Source of the DNA: Francisella sp.
GTDB lineage: Bacteria > Pseudomonadota > Gammaproteobacteria > Francisellales > Francisellaceae
Length of the DNA: 43,654 bases
Reading direction: 5' to 3'
Assembly (NCBI GenBank): GCA_047609165.1
Contig: JBLFYO010000001.1
Span: 1 to 43,654, forward strand
Shown here: positions 27,272 to 38,491 of the stretch, piece by piece
Layout: every line of letters starts with the position of its first letter
How positions within the stretch are numbered: position 1 is the first letter of the stretch
Position numbers and translations under genes: made by a program
Notes under the pieces: generated by a model
What the model was told of the DNA's origin: nothing
The model's input: only the letters and a program-made list of their open reading frames with translations
Databases searched by the model: none

Positions 27272-28645
27272 ATGGAAAGCACATTTGAACTTTTTTCTAT
27301 CGGAGTTGGACCATCATCATCACATACAATAGGGCCGATGCGAGCAGGTTGTAATTTTGTAAATATTAATGAGCATCTGTTAAGTCAAACAACTCGTGTA
27401 CAGATAGATTTGTACGGCTCTCTAGCCCTTACAGGGAAGGGACATAAAACTGATTATGCAGTAGTGCTTGGTGTGATGGGGTTTTTACCTGAATCTGTAG
27501 ATATCGAACTAGCAAAGAAGTTATATGGTAATTGCCTTACTAATGAAAAGCTAGATTTAAATCATGAGTACAATATTGCATTTAACTACAATAATGACTT
27601 GATATTTCACTATGATGAGTTTCTACCTGAACATGCAAACGGTATGAGATTTTCTATTTTTAATGAAGATAAGCTTTTAGCTAGTAAAGAATATTTCTCG
27701 ATCGGAGGTGGGTTTATAGTAGATAAAAAGCATATCAACAAAGATGAGATACTTACGGAAGCTCTTTGCAATAAGCCATTTAAATTTAAGAGCATGGAAG
27801 ATTTGCGTAATATCTGTATGCAGACAAATATGGGTATTGATCAGATAATGTTTGAGAATGAAAAGGTAGTCTATGGTGAACGAGAGTCATTGGAAAAACT
27901 TGCAGAACTATGGCAAGTGATGGAAACTTCTATAGATAAAGGTTTAAATTGTCCAGAAGCGATATTACCTGGTGGATTAAAAGTTCGCAAAAGAGCTCCT
28001 AGCATGCTTAGGAAGTTAAAAGATAAAGGTTATGATAAAAGTGATTTCAACTACCTAAACGCTTATGCAATTGCTGTGAATGAGCAGAATGCCTGTGGCG
28101 AAAGAGTTGTTACAGCACCTACTAATGGTGCCGCGGGAGTTATTCCTGCTGTTTTGAAATATTATTTGGAAAATAATGAGTTTTGTAATGACTCTGAGAG
28201 AACTAAAACCATCAATAAGTATCTTTTAATATCAGCAGCTATTGGGATACTCTACAAATCTGGAGCATCAATATCAGCAGCTGAAGTAGGTTGCCAAGGT
28301 GAAGTAGGAGTAGCTTGTTCAATGGCAGCAGGTGCTTATTGTGCTTTACTTGGTGGTGATCTTGATTCTATCGAGTCTGCTGCTGAGATAGGTATGGAGC
28401 ATAATTTAGGCCTTACTTGTGACCCTATTGGTGGATTGGTGCAGATACCGTGTATCGAACGCAATGCTATGGGTGCGGTGCAAGCTATAAATGCTGCAAA
28501 ACTTGCTTACTTAGATAGTGGCGAGAAACGATTTGTAGGCTTAGACTATGTAATCAAGGTTATGTTTCAAACAGGAAAAGATATGAGTAGCAAGTACAAA
28601 GAAACATCGCTTGGTGGATTAGCACTAAATGCACCAGTTTGTTAG
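27272..28645 (+). CDS. sdaA: L-serine ammonia-lyase (Fe-S dependent)
   Basis: [31 protein letters not shown] and [18 protein letters not shown]; GGAG RBS before ATG 27272. Confidence 0.96.
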   Translation: MESTFELFSIGVGPSSSHTIGPMRAGCNFVNINEHLLSQTTRVQIDLYGSLALTGKGHKTDYAVVLGVMGFLPESVDIELAKKLYGNCLTNEKLDLNHEYNIAFNYNNDLIFHYDEFLPEHANGMRFSIFNEDKLLASKEYFSIGGGFIVDKKHINKDEILTEALCNKPFKFKSMEDLRNICMQTNMGIDQIMFENEKVVYGERESLEKLAELWQVMETSIDKGLNCPEAILPGGLKVRKRAPSMLRKLKDKGYDKSDFNYLNAYAIAVNEQNACGERVVTAPTNGAAGVIPAVLKYYLENNEFCNDSERTKTINKYLLISAAIGILYKSGASISAAEVGCQGEVGVACSMAAGAYCALLGGDLDSIESAAEIGMEHNLGLTCDPIGGLVQIPCIERNAMGAVQAINAAKLAYLDSGEKRFVGLDYVIKVMFQTGKDMSSKYKETSLGGLALNAPVC

Positions 28646-28778
28646 TAGTCCTTATTTTAAATAGTTTGTGTATATGAAAAAGATTATATGCTTCCGCATA
28701 AATATACTTATTGATAATTACTCTTCTCTACTGTAAACTTTCGGGGTCTAAAATTTAAAAAAATCTTACGGGAAAAAA

Positions 28779-29138
28779 ATGAAAAAAATAATTATATCTT
28801 TGCTATCTATCGTTTTACTAAGTACTAGTGCCTTTGCTGAAGGTTCTGCTGCTGCATCATCGGGTAATCCAATGAGCTCAATTTTGATGCTTGTAGTTTT
28901 CTTTGCTATATTTTGGTTCTTGCTTATTAGACCACAGCAAAAGAAAAACAAAGAGTTACGCAAAATGCTTTCAGAGCTTTCAAAAGGTGATGAAGTCGTT
29001 ACTAATGGTGGCGTAATCGGTAAAATATCTAAAATCGACGATACTTTTGTTGATTTGGAAGTCGCTGAGAATGTAACTATCAAAGTTCAAAGAAATGCTG
29101 TATCAAATATCTTGCCTAAAGGCGCTACAAAAGCATAA
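28779..29138 (+). CDS. yajC: Preprotein translocase subunit YajC
   Basis: FLLIRPQQKK and KGDEVVTNGG; lies upstream of secDF. Confidence 0.96.
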   Translation: MKKIIISLLSIVLLSTSAFAEGSAAASSGNPMSSILMLVVFFAIFWFLLIRPQQKKNKELRKMLSELSKGDEVVTNGGVIGKISKIDDTFVDLEVAENVTIKVQRNAVSNILPKGATKA

Positions 29139-29190
29139 CCTCAAGATAGAGGTCTTTAAATACTCTTCTTTTTAATAAAGGAATCTTTCA

Positions 29191-31128
29191 ATGAGTCATA
29201 ATAAAAACCTTTCTATTAATCAATTTCCATTATGGAAAAATCTATTAATAGTTTGTATTCTAGTTCTAGCGTTGTTTTATGCTTTACCTAATATTTTTGG
29301 TAAAAGTCCAGCTTTGCAGATATCTGAAAAAGATAATGATGTAACAGAGCAAACTCTTACTACAATAGAGTCAACGCTTAACGAGCAGCACATTATCTAC
29401 AGAAAAGCTGAATTGTCTGACAATAAAGGTAATATCTCAGTTACATTTGCAGATATAGAAGAACAACTAAAAGCTAAAAAAGCACTAAAAGAAGATTTAG
29501 GTAATGATTTTATAATTGCGATGAACATGCTTTCAAATGCTCCTGCGTGGATGTCTGCTTTAGGTGCAAACCCAATGAACTTAGGTCTTGACTTGCGTGG
29601 CGGTATGTATCTTATGCTTGAGGCTGATACAAATTCAGCTATAGATGCTCAGCTTGACAACACTCTAGGTGTGGTAGTCAGTGCAGCAAAAGAGCAGGGT
29701 GTAAATATACAAAGCTCAACTAAAGCAGAAGACAAAGTCATTGCAAATGCTCCACAAAAATATAAAGATGCAGGTTTTGTGTCTATTACCTTAGCAAGTC
29801 AAGCAGATACACAGAAAGTTACGCAATACTTAAACACTGATTTCAAGAAAACTCAAGATGCAGACATTTTGTATACTGTAAATGGCAATACTATATTTGT
29901 ATCTTATACAAGTGCTAAGATGTTGCAGTTAGAGCAGGGTGCTATCTCTCAAGTAGTTACAGTTATGCGTAATCGTATCAATGCTTTAGGTGTAGCGGAA
30001 GCTTCAGTTGCTCAAGCTGGTACAAATCGTGTAGTTATCGAAATACCAGGTATGCGGGATGCTGCACAAGCTAAGCAGATTTTAGGAGGTACATCCACAG
30101 CTAGTTTCTATATGGTCAATCCTGTCACAGACAGGTTAGCTACAGAAGAGCAAGGCTATAAAGTATATTCACTTGATAATAGTAGAGGCTATCAAAGTTA
30201 CTATAGCTTAAAAGGAGCTGCTGTTGCTGGTGGTGCTGATATTATTGGAGCTAACCCTTCTATCGATCAGCAAACAGGTACGCCAATCGTAGCAGTAGAG
30301 TTAAGTAGAAGTGCTGCTAGTAGTTTTAGAAAAGTTACAACTAAGAATGTCGGAAACCCAATAGGTGTGATGCTTGTAAATACTACTTACGAGAAAGTAA
30401 AAGACAAAGACGGCAATACTAAGAATGTTGTAAGCAAAGTTGAGAAACTTATCAATGTGGCAACAGTTCAGTCAGCACTTGGTTCACATTTTCAGATTAC
30501 AGGTCTAAGCCAAAAAGAAGCAAACAATCTAGCATTGATGATTAAATCTGGTGCGTTACAAGTGCCTGTTCACATCGTACAAGAGAATCAAATAGGACCA
30601 AGCTTAGGTAAGGACAATATTGACAAAGGTGTACTTTCTATAGTTATAGCTTTGATTGCTGTTATGGTTTTTATACTTGCGTACTATAGAGTATTTGGTA
30701 TTATAGCGAATGCAGCTTTGATTATGAATTTACTTCTGATTGTGGCTGTGATGTCTATTATTCCAGGAGCAACGCTTACTCTACCAGGTATAGCTGGTAT
30801 TGTGCTTAATCTCGGTATGTCGATAGATGGTAATGTACTTATTTTTGAGAGAATTCGTGAAGAAATACGAGCAGGTATGCCGCGTCAAAGTGCTATCCAT
30901 GTTGGTTATGAAAAAGCATTCGCAACGATTGTCGATTCAAACATCACTACGCTGATAGTTGCGGTTATATTATTTTTTGTAGGTAGTGGAGCTGTGAAAG
31001 GTTTCGCTATTACGCTGATGATAGGTATCATAACATCTATGTTTACAGCTGTTACAGTGTCACGCGCTATGACAAATTTTGTTTATGGTAAGAAAAAGAA
31101 ATTAGACAAAATTTCTATAGGAATATAA
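29191..31128 (+). CDS. secD: Protein translocase subunit SecD
   Basis: LGLDLRGG, RNRINALGVAE, IGPSLG and LTLPGIAG..GMSIDGNVLIFERIREE. Confidence 0.97.
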   Translation: MSHNKNLSINQFPLWKNLLIVCILVLALFYALPNIFGKSPALQISEKDNDVTEQTLTTIESTLNEQHIIYRKAELSDNKGNISVTFADIEEQLKAKKALKEDLGNDFIIAMNMLSNAPAWMSALGANPMNLGLDLRGGMYLMLEADTNSAIDAQLDNTLGVVVSAAKEQGVNIQSSTKAEDKVIANAPQKYKDAGFVSITLASQADTQKVTQYLNTDFKKTQDADILYTVNGNTIFVSYTSAKMLQLEQGAISQVVTVMRNRINALGVAEASVAQAGTNRVVIEIPGMRDAAQAKQILGGTSTASFYMVNPVTDRLATEEQGYKVYSLDNSRGYQSYYSLKGAAVAGGADIIGANPSIDQQTGTPIVAVELSRSAASSFRKVTTKNVGNPIGVMLVNTTYEKVKDKDGNTKNVVSKVEKLINVATVQSALGSHFQITGLSQKEANNLALMIKSGALQVPVHIVQENQIGPSLGKDNIDKGVLSIVIALIAVMVFILAYYRVFGIIANAALIMNLLLIVAVMSIIPGATLTLPGIAGIVLNLGMSIDGNVLIFERIREEIRAGMPRQSAIHVGYEKAFATIVDSNITTLIVAVILFFVGSGAVKGFAITLMIGIITSMFTAVTVSRAMTNFVYGKKKKLDKISIGI

Positions 31129-31131
31129 GCA

Positions 31132-32073
31132 ATGGAATTTTTTAAACAAAAAACACAAATAGATTTTTTAGGTATTAAAAAATATACGACGATCTTTTCA
31201 GTATTGATGATTGTTATATCGTTATTTTTTATATTCACAAAAGGTTTAAATCTTGGCTTGGATTTTACTGGTGGTTACCAAGTGCAGATTCATACTTCAG
31301 AGCCTGCTGATTCGCAAGAATTAGAAAACAAGCTTGCGACTGTAGGCTTTAAGCATACAAGCATCACAACTTTTGGTGAGAATAACAACTATCTTATCAA
31401 ATTTGCTCCTGATGAAGTAAATGCAAAAGCTGAAAATCTTGATGAAGCACAGCAACTACTTCAAAAAGATGTTGAACAAACGCTAAAAGCAGAAGTGCAA
31501 CAGGTAAACTACATTGGGCCACAAGTTGGTAAAGAGCTAGCTAGTAATGGTATCTTGGCTATCATCATTGCACTTGTATGTATATTGATATATATATCTG
31601 CAAGATTTGAGATGAAGTTTGGTATAAGCGCTTGTTTGGCTCTTTTGCACGATCCTATAGTTATCCTTGGTGTATTTGCGGTATTTCAGCTAGAGTTTGA
31701 CCTTACGGTGCTTGCGGCGGTGCTTGCGGTAATTGGTTATTCACTAAATGATACCGTTGTAATCTACGATAGAGTTCGTGAAAACTTTAGAAAGATGCGT
31801 AAAGCTAGTGTGACAGAAGTTGTAAATAGAGGTATCAACGATACGCTATCAAGAACAATCCTTACTTCTGGTTTGACAATGATCGTAGTTGTAGTGCTAT
31901 TCTTCTTCGGGGGTAGTTCAGTACACAACTTCTCACTTGCGTTGATACTAGGTATTATCGTGGGTACTTATTCTTCTATATATGTGGCTGGTGTACTAGC
32001 TGTAACTCTTGGTCTAAACAGAGAGTCGCTACTACCTAAGCAAATCCCTTCTGATGATATTCCGCTTCTTTAG
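31132..32073 (+). CDS. secF: Protein translocase subunit SecF
   Basis: GLDFTGG, GYSLNDTVVIYDRVREN and GTYSSIYVA. Confidence 0.97.
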   Translation: MEFFKQKTQIDFLGIKKYTTIFSVLMIVISLFFIFTKGLNLGLDFTGGYQVQIHTSEPADSQELENKLATVGFKHTSITTFGENNNYLIKFAPDEVNAKAENLDEAQQLLQKDVEQTLKAEVQQVNYIGPQVGKELASNGILAIIIALVCILIYISARFEMKFGISACLALLHDPIVILGVFAVFQLEFDLTVLAAVLAVIGYSLNDTVVIYDRVRENFRKMRKASVTEVVNRGINDTLSRTILTSGLTMIVVVVLFFFGGSSVHNFSLALILGIIVGTYSSIYVAGVLAVTLGLNRESLLPKQIPSDDIPLL

Positions 32074-32156
32074 GTTTCATGGTCGATAGACTACAATTTT
32101 TTCTACTATTTTTGTTTAAATGAACTAAATATCTTAGTTTATCTATTAATTCTGGC

Positions 32157-32264
32157 GCTTACTTTTGCATTGCATAAAAAGTAAGCAAAATGCTAGCACT
32201 TCGCTATCGCAGTTAAGATAAATGGAAAATAAAAAACTTGCTATGCTCAGGCAGTTTTATTTTC
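32157..32264. repeat. Double-hairpin MITE-like or terminator-like element
   Basis: 10-bp stem GCTTACTTTT/AAAAGTAAGC (32157-32186) and a second stem GAAAATAAAA/TTTTATTTTC (32225-32264). Confidence 0.5.
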
Positions 32265-32411
32265 TGATCAGTTATTCATAAGCAACCATTTTTTTAACAA
32301 AAAACCACAAACATATAACATTGTTAATAGTGTTGATTAACTTAACAATAGTTAATAGTCGTTACCATCAAAATAGTATATAATCCTCTTTGTAACTTTT
32401 TAGGAGATAAA

Positions 32412-32933
32412 ATGAAAAAAATAATATTAGTTTTAGGAATGTCTGTTGCTGCGTTTGGTCAATCTGTAGCAATGTCTAGTGATAAAGTAGATACTAAAGC
32501 AAATGCCCAAGTGAAAGCTAAATCATGTTCGGCTCATGGTAGGCATCATAAATCAGGCTATATACATAAGTTTGTAGATATATATGCAACTGATAATTCA
32601 TCTGCAGACAAAGTCGGTATGATAAAGTTCAAAGAGCGTGGTAATTACAATATTTTTTATTGTAAAGAAAGTGACTGGTGTCAGGTGGTCAATCAAAAAG
32701 ATGGTAATACTGGTTGGGTGGACCTTGAAGAGCTTAAAAAATCACAAAAACAATATGCTAAAGTTATGCAAAAAAAAAGAGGCTTTGATGAGCTTTCTCA
32801 ATATGTACAGTTGCAAGATCAAAAGATAGTAGAGCTTCAAACTGTGATTATGCAAATGCAAAAAGAGCTTGGTAGAGTTTTGCAAAATCAACAAACTCAA
32901 ATAAATCAATTACAACAATCTAACTATTATTAA
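32412..32933 (+). CDS. Exported hypothetical protein with an SH3b-like segment and a C-terminal coiled coil
   Basis: Signal peptide; DWCQV...GNTGWV motif; Q/L-rich helical tail; AGGAG RBS. Confidence 0.75.
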   Translation: MKKIILVLGMSVAAFGQSVAMSSDKVDTKANAQVKAKSCSAHGRHHKSGYIHKFVDIYATDNSSADKVGMIKFKERGNYNIFYCKESDWCQVVNQKDGNTGWVDLEELKKSQKQYAKVMQKKRGFDELSQYVQLQDQKIVELQTVIMQMQKELGRVLQNQQTQINQLQQSNYY

Positions 32934-32946
32934 AAATAGGAGTCTC

Positions 32947-33828
32947 ATGGCTAAAAAAGATTATTTACCTATATCTACAAAATCAAAAACCCTACCTGTT
33001 GTCTCAGATAACAATATTAATTCGTATCTAAGCTTTGTAAATAGCTTGCCAATTTTAACTTTAGAAGAAGAACAAAGTTTAGCCAATAACTATAAACACA
33101 AAAAAGATCTTGATGCAGCTCAAAAGCTGGTACTTGCCCATTTGCGTTTTGTGACCAAAATTGCAAGAAATTTTTCCGGTTATGGATTATCAATAGCGGA
33201 TCTTATCCAGGAGGGAAATATTGGTCTTATGAAAGCGGTAAGTAAATTTGACCCTGATCAAGGTGTACGATTGGTATCGTTTGCAGTGCATTGGATAAAA
33301 GCAGAAATGCATGATTTTGTACTTAAGAACTGGAAGATAGTTAAAGTAGCAACTACAAAATCTCAAAGAAAATTGTTCTTTAATCTTAGAAGTAGTAAAA
33401 CCACTAGTGGCTGGCTCACTCATGAAGAAGTCAAGCAGATAGCTCAAGAGCTAGATGTAAAAGAAGAAACTGTCATTGAGATGGAAAAAAGGATGTGTCA
33501 AGGTGATGCAAGCTTAGATTTGCCGTATAAAGATGGTGAAGGTGAAGATACTTCTGCACAAAGTTTATATCTGATAGATAAAACTTCAAGTATTGAGAAT
33601 CAGGTTATTAAGCAGGATTATTATGATAACTTCAAAGACATAATAAAAGATGTAATGAGTAAGTTTGATACTCGTACCAAAGATATTATCTTATCAAGAT
33701 ACCTTCTTGAGAAAAAAGTTACACTTCATGATTTGGCGGCTAAATATAAAATCTCCGCGGAGAGAGTTCGTCAAATAGAAGAAGAAGCTCTGCTTAAGCT
33801 TAAAAAAGCTGTTAAAAATAGAGGTTGA
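32947..33828 (+). CDS. rpoH: RNA polymerase sigma factor RpoH (sigma-32)
   Basis: DLIQEGNIGLMKAV, the RpoH box QRKLFFNLR, and SAERVRQIE. Confidence 0.97.
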   Translation: MAKKDYLPISTKSKTLPVVSDNNINSYLSFVNSLPILTLEEEQSLANNYKHKKDLDAAQKLVLAHLRFVTKIARNFSGYGLSIADLIQEGNIGLMKAVSKFDPDQGVRLVSFAVHWIKAEMHDFVLKNWKIVKVATTKSQRKLFFNLRSSKTTSGWLTHEEVKQIAQELDVKEETVIEMEKRMCQGDASLDLPYKDGEGEDTSAQSLYLIDKTSSIENQVIKQDYYDNFKDIIKDVMSKFDTRTKDIILSRYLLEKKVTLHDLAAKYKISAERVRQIEEEALLKLKKAVKNRG

Positions 33829-33836
33829 AGAGTCCC

Positions 33837-34217
33837 TTATTTTTCGTAGATGGTAAAATACCAATCATCGTTATTTGCTTCGATAAGACGGTTATCTGGG
33901 TCTTCGGCATTCAATGTTATGATAAGATTCTTCATTTGAGTATATGTATTATAATCTAAATTATTGAATGTATAATTACACATATTTATTTTCGCGATTA
34001 TGTATATTTTTCCCTTAGCATCACTGACTGTACCACCTTTGAGGATTGTACTTTCAGCTGGGATAAAGTCAATTTCATTGACTTTTATAGTATTTAATGC
34101 GCTTGATGTATGTAATTCTTGATTACCTGGGTTCATCTTTATTATGAAGTCATAAGAGTAAGAATCAGAGACACTTACGATTATTGTTAATATTGCTATT
34201 AATTATTTAATTTTCAT
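33837..34217 (-). pseudogene. Small exported protein with a nonsense codon at position 5
   Basis: In frame with the 99-aa ORF: MKIK*LIAILTIIVSVSDSYSYDFIIKMNPG..., a signal-peptide-like N-terminus broken by TAA at 34203-34205. Confidence 0.65.
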
Positions 34218-34367
34218 TTTTTTAATTTAAATCTATGTTTCTTTTTAAGAACACATCACTTATTTTAAATAAGGTAAACAAAAATGATAGAAAAATGATT
34301 TAGTATATGAAATTAATAAAATTGCTATGTTAATATAACTGCTATTATCCGATTAATAATTAGAGCA

Positions 34368-35645
34368 ATGAAAAATTTTGTACCTAAGCTAAAATCAAGG
34401 TTGGACGAGAATATTTATCTCGATGGCTCAAAAAGTATAGCTAATAGAGTTTTGATAATTGCTGCTATAGCAAAAGGTGAGACTAAATTTAGTAATTTAC
34501 CAAATAGTGCAGATGTGCTAACTTGTGTAGAAGCTTTAAAGAAGCTTGGCTGTGAAGTTGAGCATGATCAACAAACTAAATCGTTGACTATACAAGGCTG
34601 TGATGGAGTATTTCCAAACCAGCAAGCTAAAATTTTCTGTAATGAATCTGGTACCTTGACAAGATTTATAATTCCGATGTGTGCAGTTCAATGCAATGCT
34701 AAATACCATATAAATGCAACGCAACGCATGATGGAGAGACCGATAGCAGATCTTTTAGAGCCACTTGAAACTTTGGGTTTGAAAGTATCTTACCATGAAA
34801 AAAATTACTCAATGCCGCTTACCATAAGTACAGGCTCACTAGCTGGCTGTAATGTAAATGTAGATGGTAAAAAGAGTTCACAGTTTGCTTCGGGTTTGCT
34901 TATGGCAGCACCGTATATGCAAAATGGTTTAACACTGCAATCAATAACAAATCACAAGCAGCCATATTTAGAGATGACAGCAAAGGTTATGGTAGAATTT
35001 GGCGTACAAGTAACTACTGATGGTAATGCTTATAAAGTCTCAAAGACAAGCTATATATCTCCAAGTGAATATACTGTAGAGCCAGATGTATCAACAGCTT
35101 CGTATTTTTGGGCATTGGCTGCGATTACTAATTCTAGCATCAAAGTTATGAATATCACAAAAGACTCTAAGCAGGGCGATATTAAGTTTTTAGATGTGTT
35201 AGAGCAAATTGGCTGTACTGTGAATTACTATGATGATGGCATTGAAGTGGTTGGAGCGAAGAGTCTAAAAGGTATAACCGTAAATATGCGTAACTTTTCT
35301 GATACATTTATGACTCTAGCGGCTATCGCTTGCTTTGCCAATGGAGATACTCATATATCTGGACTTACACATACGCGAGGTCAAGAATCAGATAGAGTTG
35401 ATGCAATGGCAGAGGGGCTTACTAAACTCGGTGTATATGTTGAGACAACAGAAGATACTATTTTAATTTCTCCTGTAAAAAGTAATTTACATGCTGCTGA
35501 AGTTGATAGTCACAATGATCATCGTATCGCAATGTCTTTGGCATTACTAGGTTTAAGACAAGATGGGGTTATTATAAACAATGCTCAAGCTGTGAATAAA
35601 ACTTGCCCTGATTATTTTGAAAGAATGAATGCTATTGTGAGTTGA
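34368..35645 (+). CDS. aroA: 3-phosphoshikimate 1-carboxyvinyltransferase (EPSP synthase)
   Basis: GSKSIANR, NESGTLTRF, SSQFASGLLM, QESDR and DHRIAM. Confidence 0.96.
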   Translation: MKNFVPKLKSRLDENIYLDGSKSIANRVLIIAAIAKGETKFSNLPNSADVLTCVEALKKLGCEVEHDQQTKSLTIQGCDGVFPNQQAKIFCNESGTLTRFIIPMCAVQCNAKYHINATQRMMERPIADLLEPLETLGLKVSYHEKNYSMPLTISTGSLAGCNVNVDGKKSSQFASGLLMAAPYMQNGLTLQSITNHKQPYLEMTAKVMVEFGVQVTTDGNAYKVSKTSYISPSEYTVEPDVSTASYFWALAAITNSSIKVMNITKDSKQGDIKFLDVLEQIGCTVNYYDDGIEVVGAKSLKGITVNMRNFSDTFMTLAAIACFANGDTHISGLTHTRGQESDRVDAMAEGLTKLGVYVETTEDTILISPVKSNLHAAEVDSHNDHRIAMSLALLGLRQDGVIINNAQAVNKTCPDYFERMNAIVS

Positions 35646-35647
35646 TT

Positions 35648-36229
35648 ATGCAAACAAAAGAAAGGATTATCGTTAAGTATTTGTACAATAGGTGGTATAA
35701 AAAAGCATTGATTATAAGTGATGTTGAACAAACATACCAAAATAAAATCAACTCTCTAAAGATGGTTGCTTGCAGTGGGTACTTGACTACAGATACTAAA
35801 AAAGGGTGTGTTTTTGATGTCCGAGCATGGCCTTTTTATAGTGATTATTTTGATTTGATAATTCTTGATCATGCTTTCCTGCAAGATAAGGCTGATATAA
35901 AAATACTGCTGAATCAGCTACACTTTTGCCTAAGTGATGATGGTGAGATAATAGTTGCAGGTTCACAAAATATACGCGCGTACAAACTATTTTCAAAGTT
36001 TTTGACTAATGGTTTTTTGAATAAAAAAATTGAGTTGATTAATGCTACGGAAAATATTTTTATAGATTTTTTTAAAAGGATATTGAGTAAGAATTTTGTA
36101 GCATTTTTTAAAAAAGATAGTTTTTTTAAGCTAGATCCATTAGAGATTTATAGTTTGGTAAAAAAAGAAATAAACTACAAAGTGTGTAGTAGCATAAGTA
36201 TAAAAAAATCGGTGAGAGAAGAAAAATGA
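35648..36229 (+). CDS. Divergent class I methyltransferase-like (YafS-like) protein
   Basis: WPFYSDYFDLIILDH and LSDDGEIIVAG patterns; position upstream of rnhA. No clear SAM-binding glycine motif. Confidence 0.55.
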   Translation: MQTKERIIVKYLYNRWYKKALIISDVEQTYQNKINSLKMVACSGYLTTDTKKGCVFDVRAWPFYSDYFDLIILDHAFLQDKADIKILLNQLHFCLSDDGEIIVAGSQNIRAYKLFSKFLTNGFLNKKIELINATENIFIDFFKRILSKNFVAFFKKDSFFKLDPLEIYSLVKKEINYKVCSSISIKKSVREEK

Positions 36230-36675
36230 GTGATAGTAAATTAATTGCATACACAGATGGTGCGTGCAAAGGTAATCCTGGTATTGGTGGTTGGGGTGCG
36301 GTGCTAAATTACAATGGTGTTGTAAAAGAGATTTATGGTGCTGAAAAAGATACTACAAATAATCGTATGGAGCTTATGGCGGCAATAGAAACTTTAAAAA
36401 CCCTCAAAAAGACACACCCTATAAAAATTTATACAGACTCAAAATATCTACAAAACGGTATTAAATCGTGGTTAGCTAACTGGAAAGCAAATGGCTGGAA
36501 AACAGCAGCTAAAAAAGATGTAAAGAATAAAGACTTATGGCAACAGCTAGACACTCTTTCTCAAAAATACACTATAACTTGGGCTTGGGTCAAAGGACAT
36601 AGTGGTAATGCTGGCAATGACAAGGCAGATGAGCTAGCAAATAAAGGCATAACTGAATTGATGGGAAATAGTTAA
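36226..36675 (+). CDS. rnhA: Ribonuclease HI
   Basis: YTDGACKGNPG, TTNNRMELMA, VKNKDLW and WVKGHSG..GNDKAD. Confidence 0.98.
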   Translation: MSDSKLIAYTDGACKGNPGIGGWGAVLNYNGVVKEIYGAEKDTTNNRMELMAAIETLKTLKKTHPIKIYTDSKYLQNGIKSWLANWKANGWKTAAKKDVKNKDLWQQLDTLSQKYTITWAWVKGHSGNAGNDKADELANKGITELMGNS

Positions 36676-37712
36676 TGGAAAATCTAAGTCATAAAAAAAT
36701 ATTAGTTATCTATACGGGAGGCACTATCGGTATGGTAGCTACTGAACAAGGATATGATGTGGAGGTAGGATATTTATCAAAAAAAATAGCTGGAATAAGA
36801 GATTTTTATCACCTTGATATGCCAAGGTTTGAAGTTATCGAGTATGATGATTTGATAGATTCTTCTAATATAAAGCCTGAGCGATGGTTATCTTTAGCAA
36901 AAGATGTGATTAAAAACTATGATAACTATGATGGTTTTGTGATTTTGCACGGTACAGATACTTTGGCTTATACTTCATCGGTATTGTCTTTTATGCTTGG
37001 AGATATTCAAAAACCTGTGATAGTAACCGGTTCACAAATCCCACTATCAAAAGTTCGCTCTGATGGCATATCAAATGTTATGAATAGTTTAATATTTGCT
37101 TGTAGTGACAAGATAAAAGAAGTCTGTGTTTACTTTAATCAGGAGCTTCGCCGTGGTAATAGAATCACAAAAGTCTCTGCTACTGATTTTGATGCTTTTA
37201 TATCGCCTAATTATTCAAGCTTAGCTTATGTTGGTGTTAATATTGATTTAAAAAAGAAAAGGCTTTGGAAGCGAGACGGTGATGCAACCTTAGTATCTCT
37301 TGAAAATTGTAAAATACCTAAAATTGCAATTTTGAGTATATTCCCTGGTATGGATATTGATATTTTAGATGCGATCTTAAAGCCACAATTGCAGGGTCTA
37401 ATTCTTAAAACTTACGGAGCTGGCAATATCCCTAATGATGAAAATATCTTTCGAAGCCTAGCAAAAGCTAATGAAAGAGGGGTTGTGATAGTCAACTGTA
37501 CTCAATGCCTATATGGAACTGTGAAGATGGGAGCCTATAAGACTGCTAGCGGTTTGGCAGATATTGGTGTGATTTCTGGGTTTGATATGACTGATGAAGC
37601 AGCTTTGGGTAAACTTTTTTATCTTTTAAGCCAACCTAGCTTATCGCAAGATGATGTTAAGAAAGCATTTATGGTATCGTTGCAAGGTGAAGTGACTATA
37701 TCTAATAATTAA
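36675..37712 (+). CDS. ansA: Type I L-asparaginase
   Basis: YTGGTIGM, HGTDTLAY, VTGSQIP and TYGAGN. Confidence 0.95.
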   Translation: MENLSHKKILVIYTGGTIGMVATEQGYDVEVGYLSKKIAGIRDFYHLDMPRFEVIEYDDLIDSSNIKPERWLSLAKDVIKNYDNYDGFVILHGTDTLAYTSSVLSFMLGDIQKPVIVTGSQIPLSKVRSDGISNVMNSLIFACSDKIKEVCVYFNQELRRGNRITKVSATDFDAFISPNYSSLAYVGVNIDLKKKRLWKRDGDATLVSLENCKIPKIAILSIFPGMDIDILDAILKPQLQGLILKTYGAGNIPNDENIFRSLAKANERGVVIVNCTQCLYGTVKMGAYKTASGLADIGVISGFDMTDEAALGKLFYLLSQPSLSQDDVKKAFMVSLQGEVTISNN

Positions 37713-37804
37713 AAGTAGGAAGTTAAATACACGAAAAAAACTTCTTGTTTTGTGATGTTTTGTGTAGTATATTCTAATTGAATTAATTTTAAAAAAGAGA
37801 GATT

Positions 37805-38491
37805 ATGAGCAACATTAGCGAATTGATAAAGGGTAATAGAGAGTGGGCAGAAAACATTAAGAAAACTAACCCAGATTTTTTTGAGACTCTTTCAAAAGGA
37901 CAGGCTCCGGAGTATCTATGGATTGGTTGTTCTGATAGTAGAGTACCTGCAAACCAAGTGTGTGGTTTGGTACCTGGTGAAGTATTTGTACATCGTAATG
38001 TTGCTAATGTTGTGTCTCTTACTGATTTGAATTGTCTTTCAGTTTTGCAGTTTGCTATAGAAGTACTAAAGGTCAAAAAAATTATAGTATGTGGTCACTA
38101 TGCTTGTGGTGGTGTTGAGACTGTAGTTAGAAATAAAAGCTATGGCTTGATTGACAACTGGCTAACTTCTGTCCATGAAGTAAAAGAACATAATGCTGAT
38201 TTTATAGCAAAAACACTAGCTCATTATAAGAATGATGAAGAGCTATATATGAGTAAAAAAGTAGATATTATGTGTGAGCTTAACGCTTTACATCAAGCAC
38301 TAAATCTTTGTAAAACTACTGTAGTTAAGTCTGCATGGGAAAAGAATTTAGACTTCACTATACATGCTGCCATTTACGGTATTGGCGATGGTAAGCTTTA
38401 TGAGATCGGTGGCGGTGTTGGCTCAAGAAAAGAGATGGATATCATCTACGGTGAAGCTCTAGAGTCTATTAGCTCTCGTTATGCGAAATAA
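37805..38491 (+). CDS. can: Beta-class carbonic anhydrase
   Basis: WIGCSDSRVP, HRNVAN and CGHYACGG zinc ligands. Confidence 0.93.
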   Translation: MSNISELIKGNREWAENIKKTNPDFFETLSKGQAPEYLWIGCSDSRVPANQVCGLVPGEVFVHRNVANVVSLTDLNCLSVLQFAIEVLKVKKIIVCGHYACGGVETVVRNKSYGLIDNWLTSVHEVKEHNADFIAKTLAHYKNDEELYMSKKVDIMCELNALHQALNLCKTTVVKSAWEKNLDFTIHAAIYGIGDGKLYEIGGGVGSRKEMDIIYGEALESISSRYAK

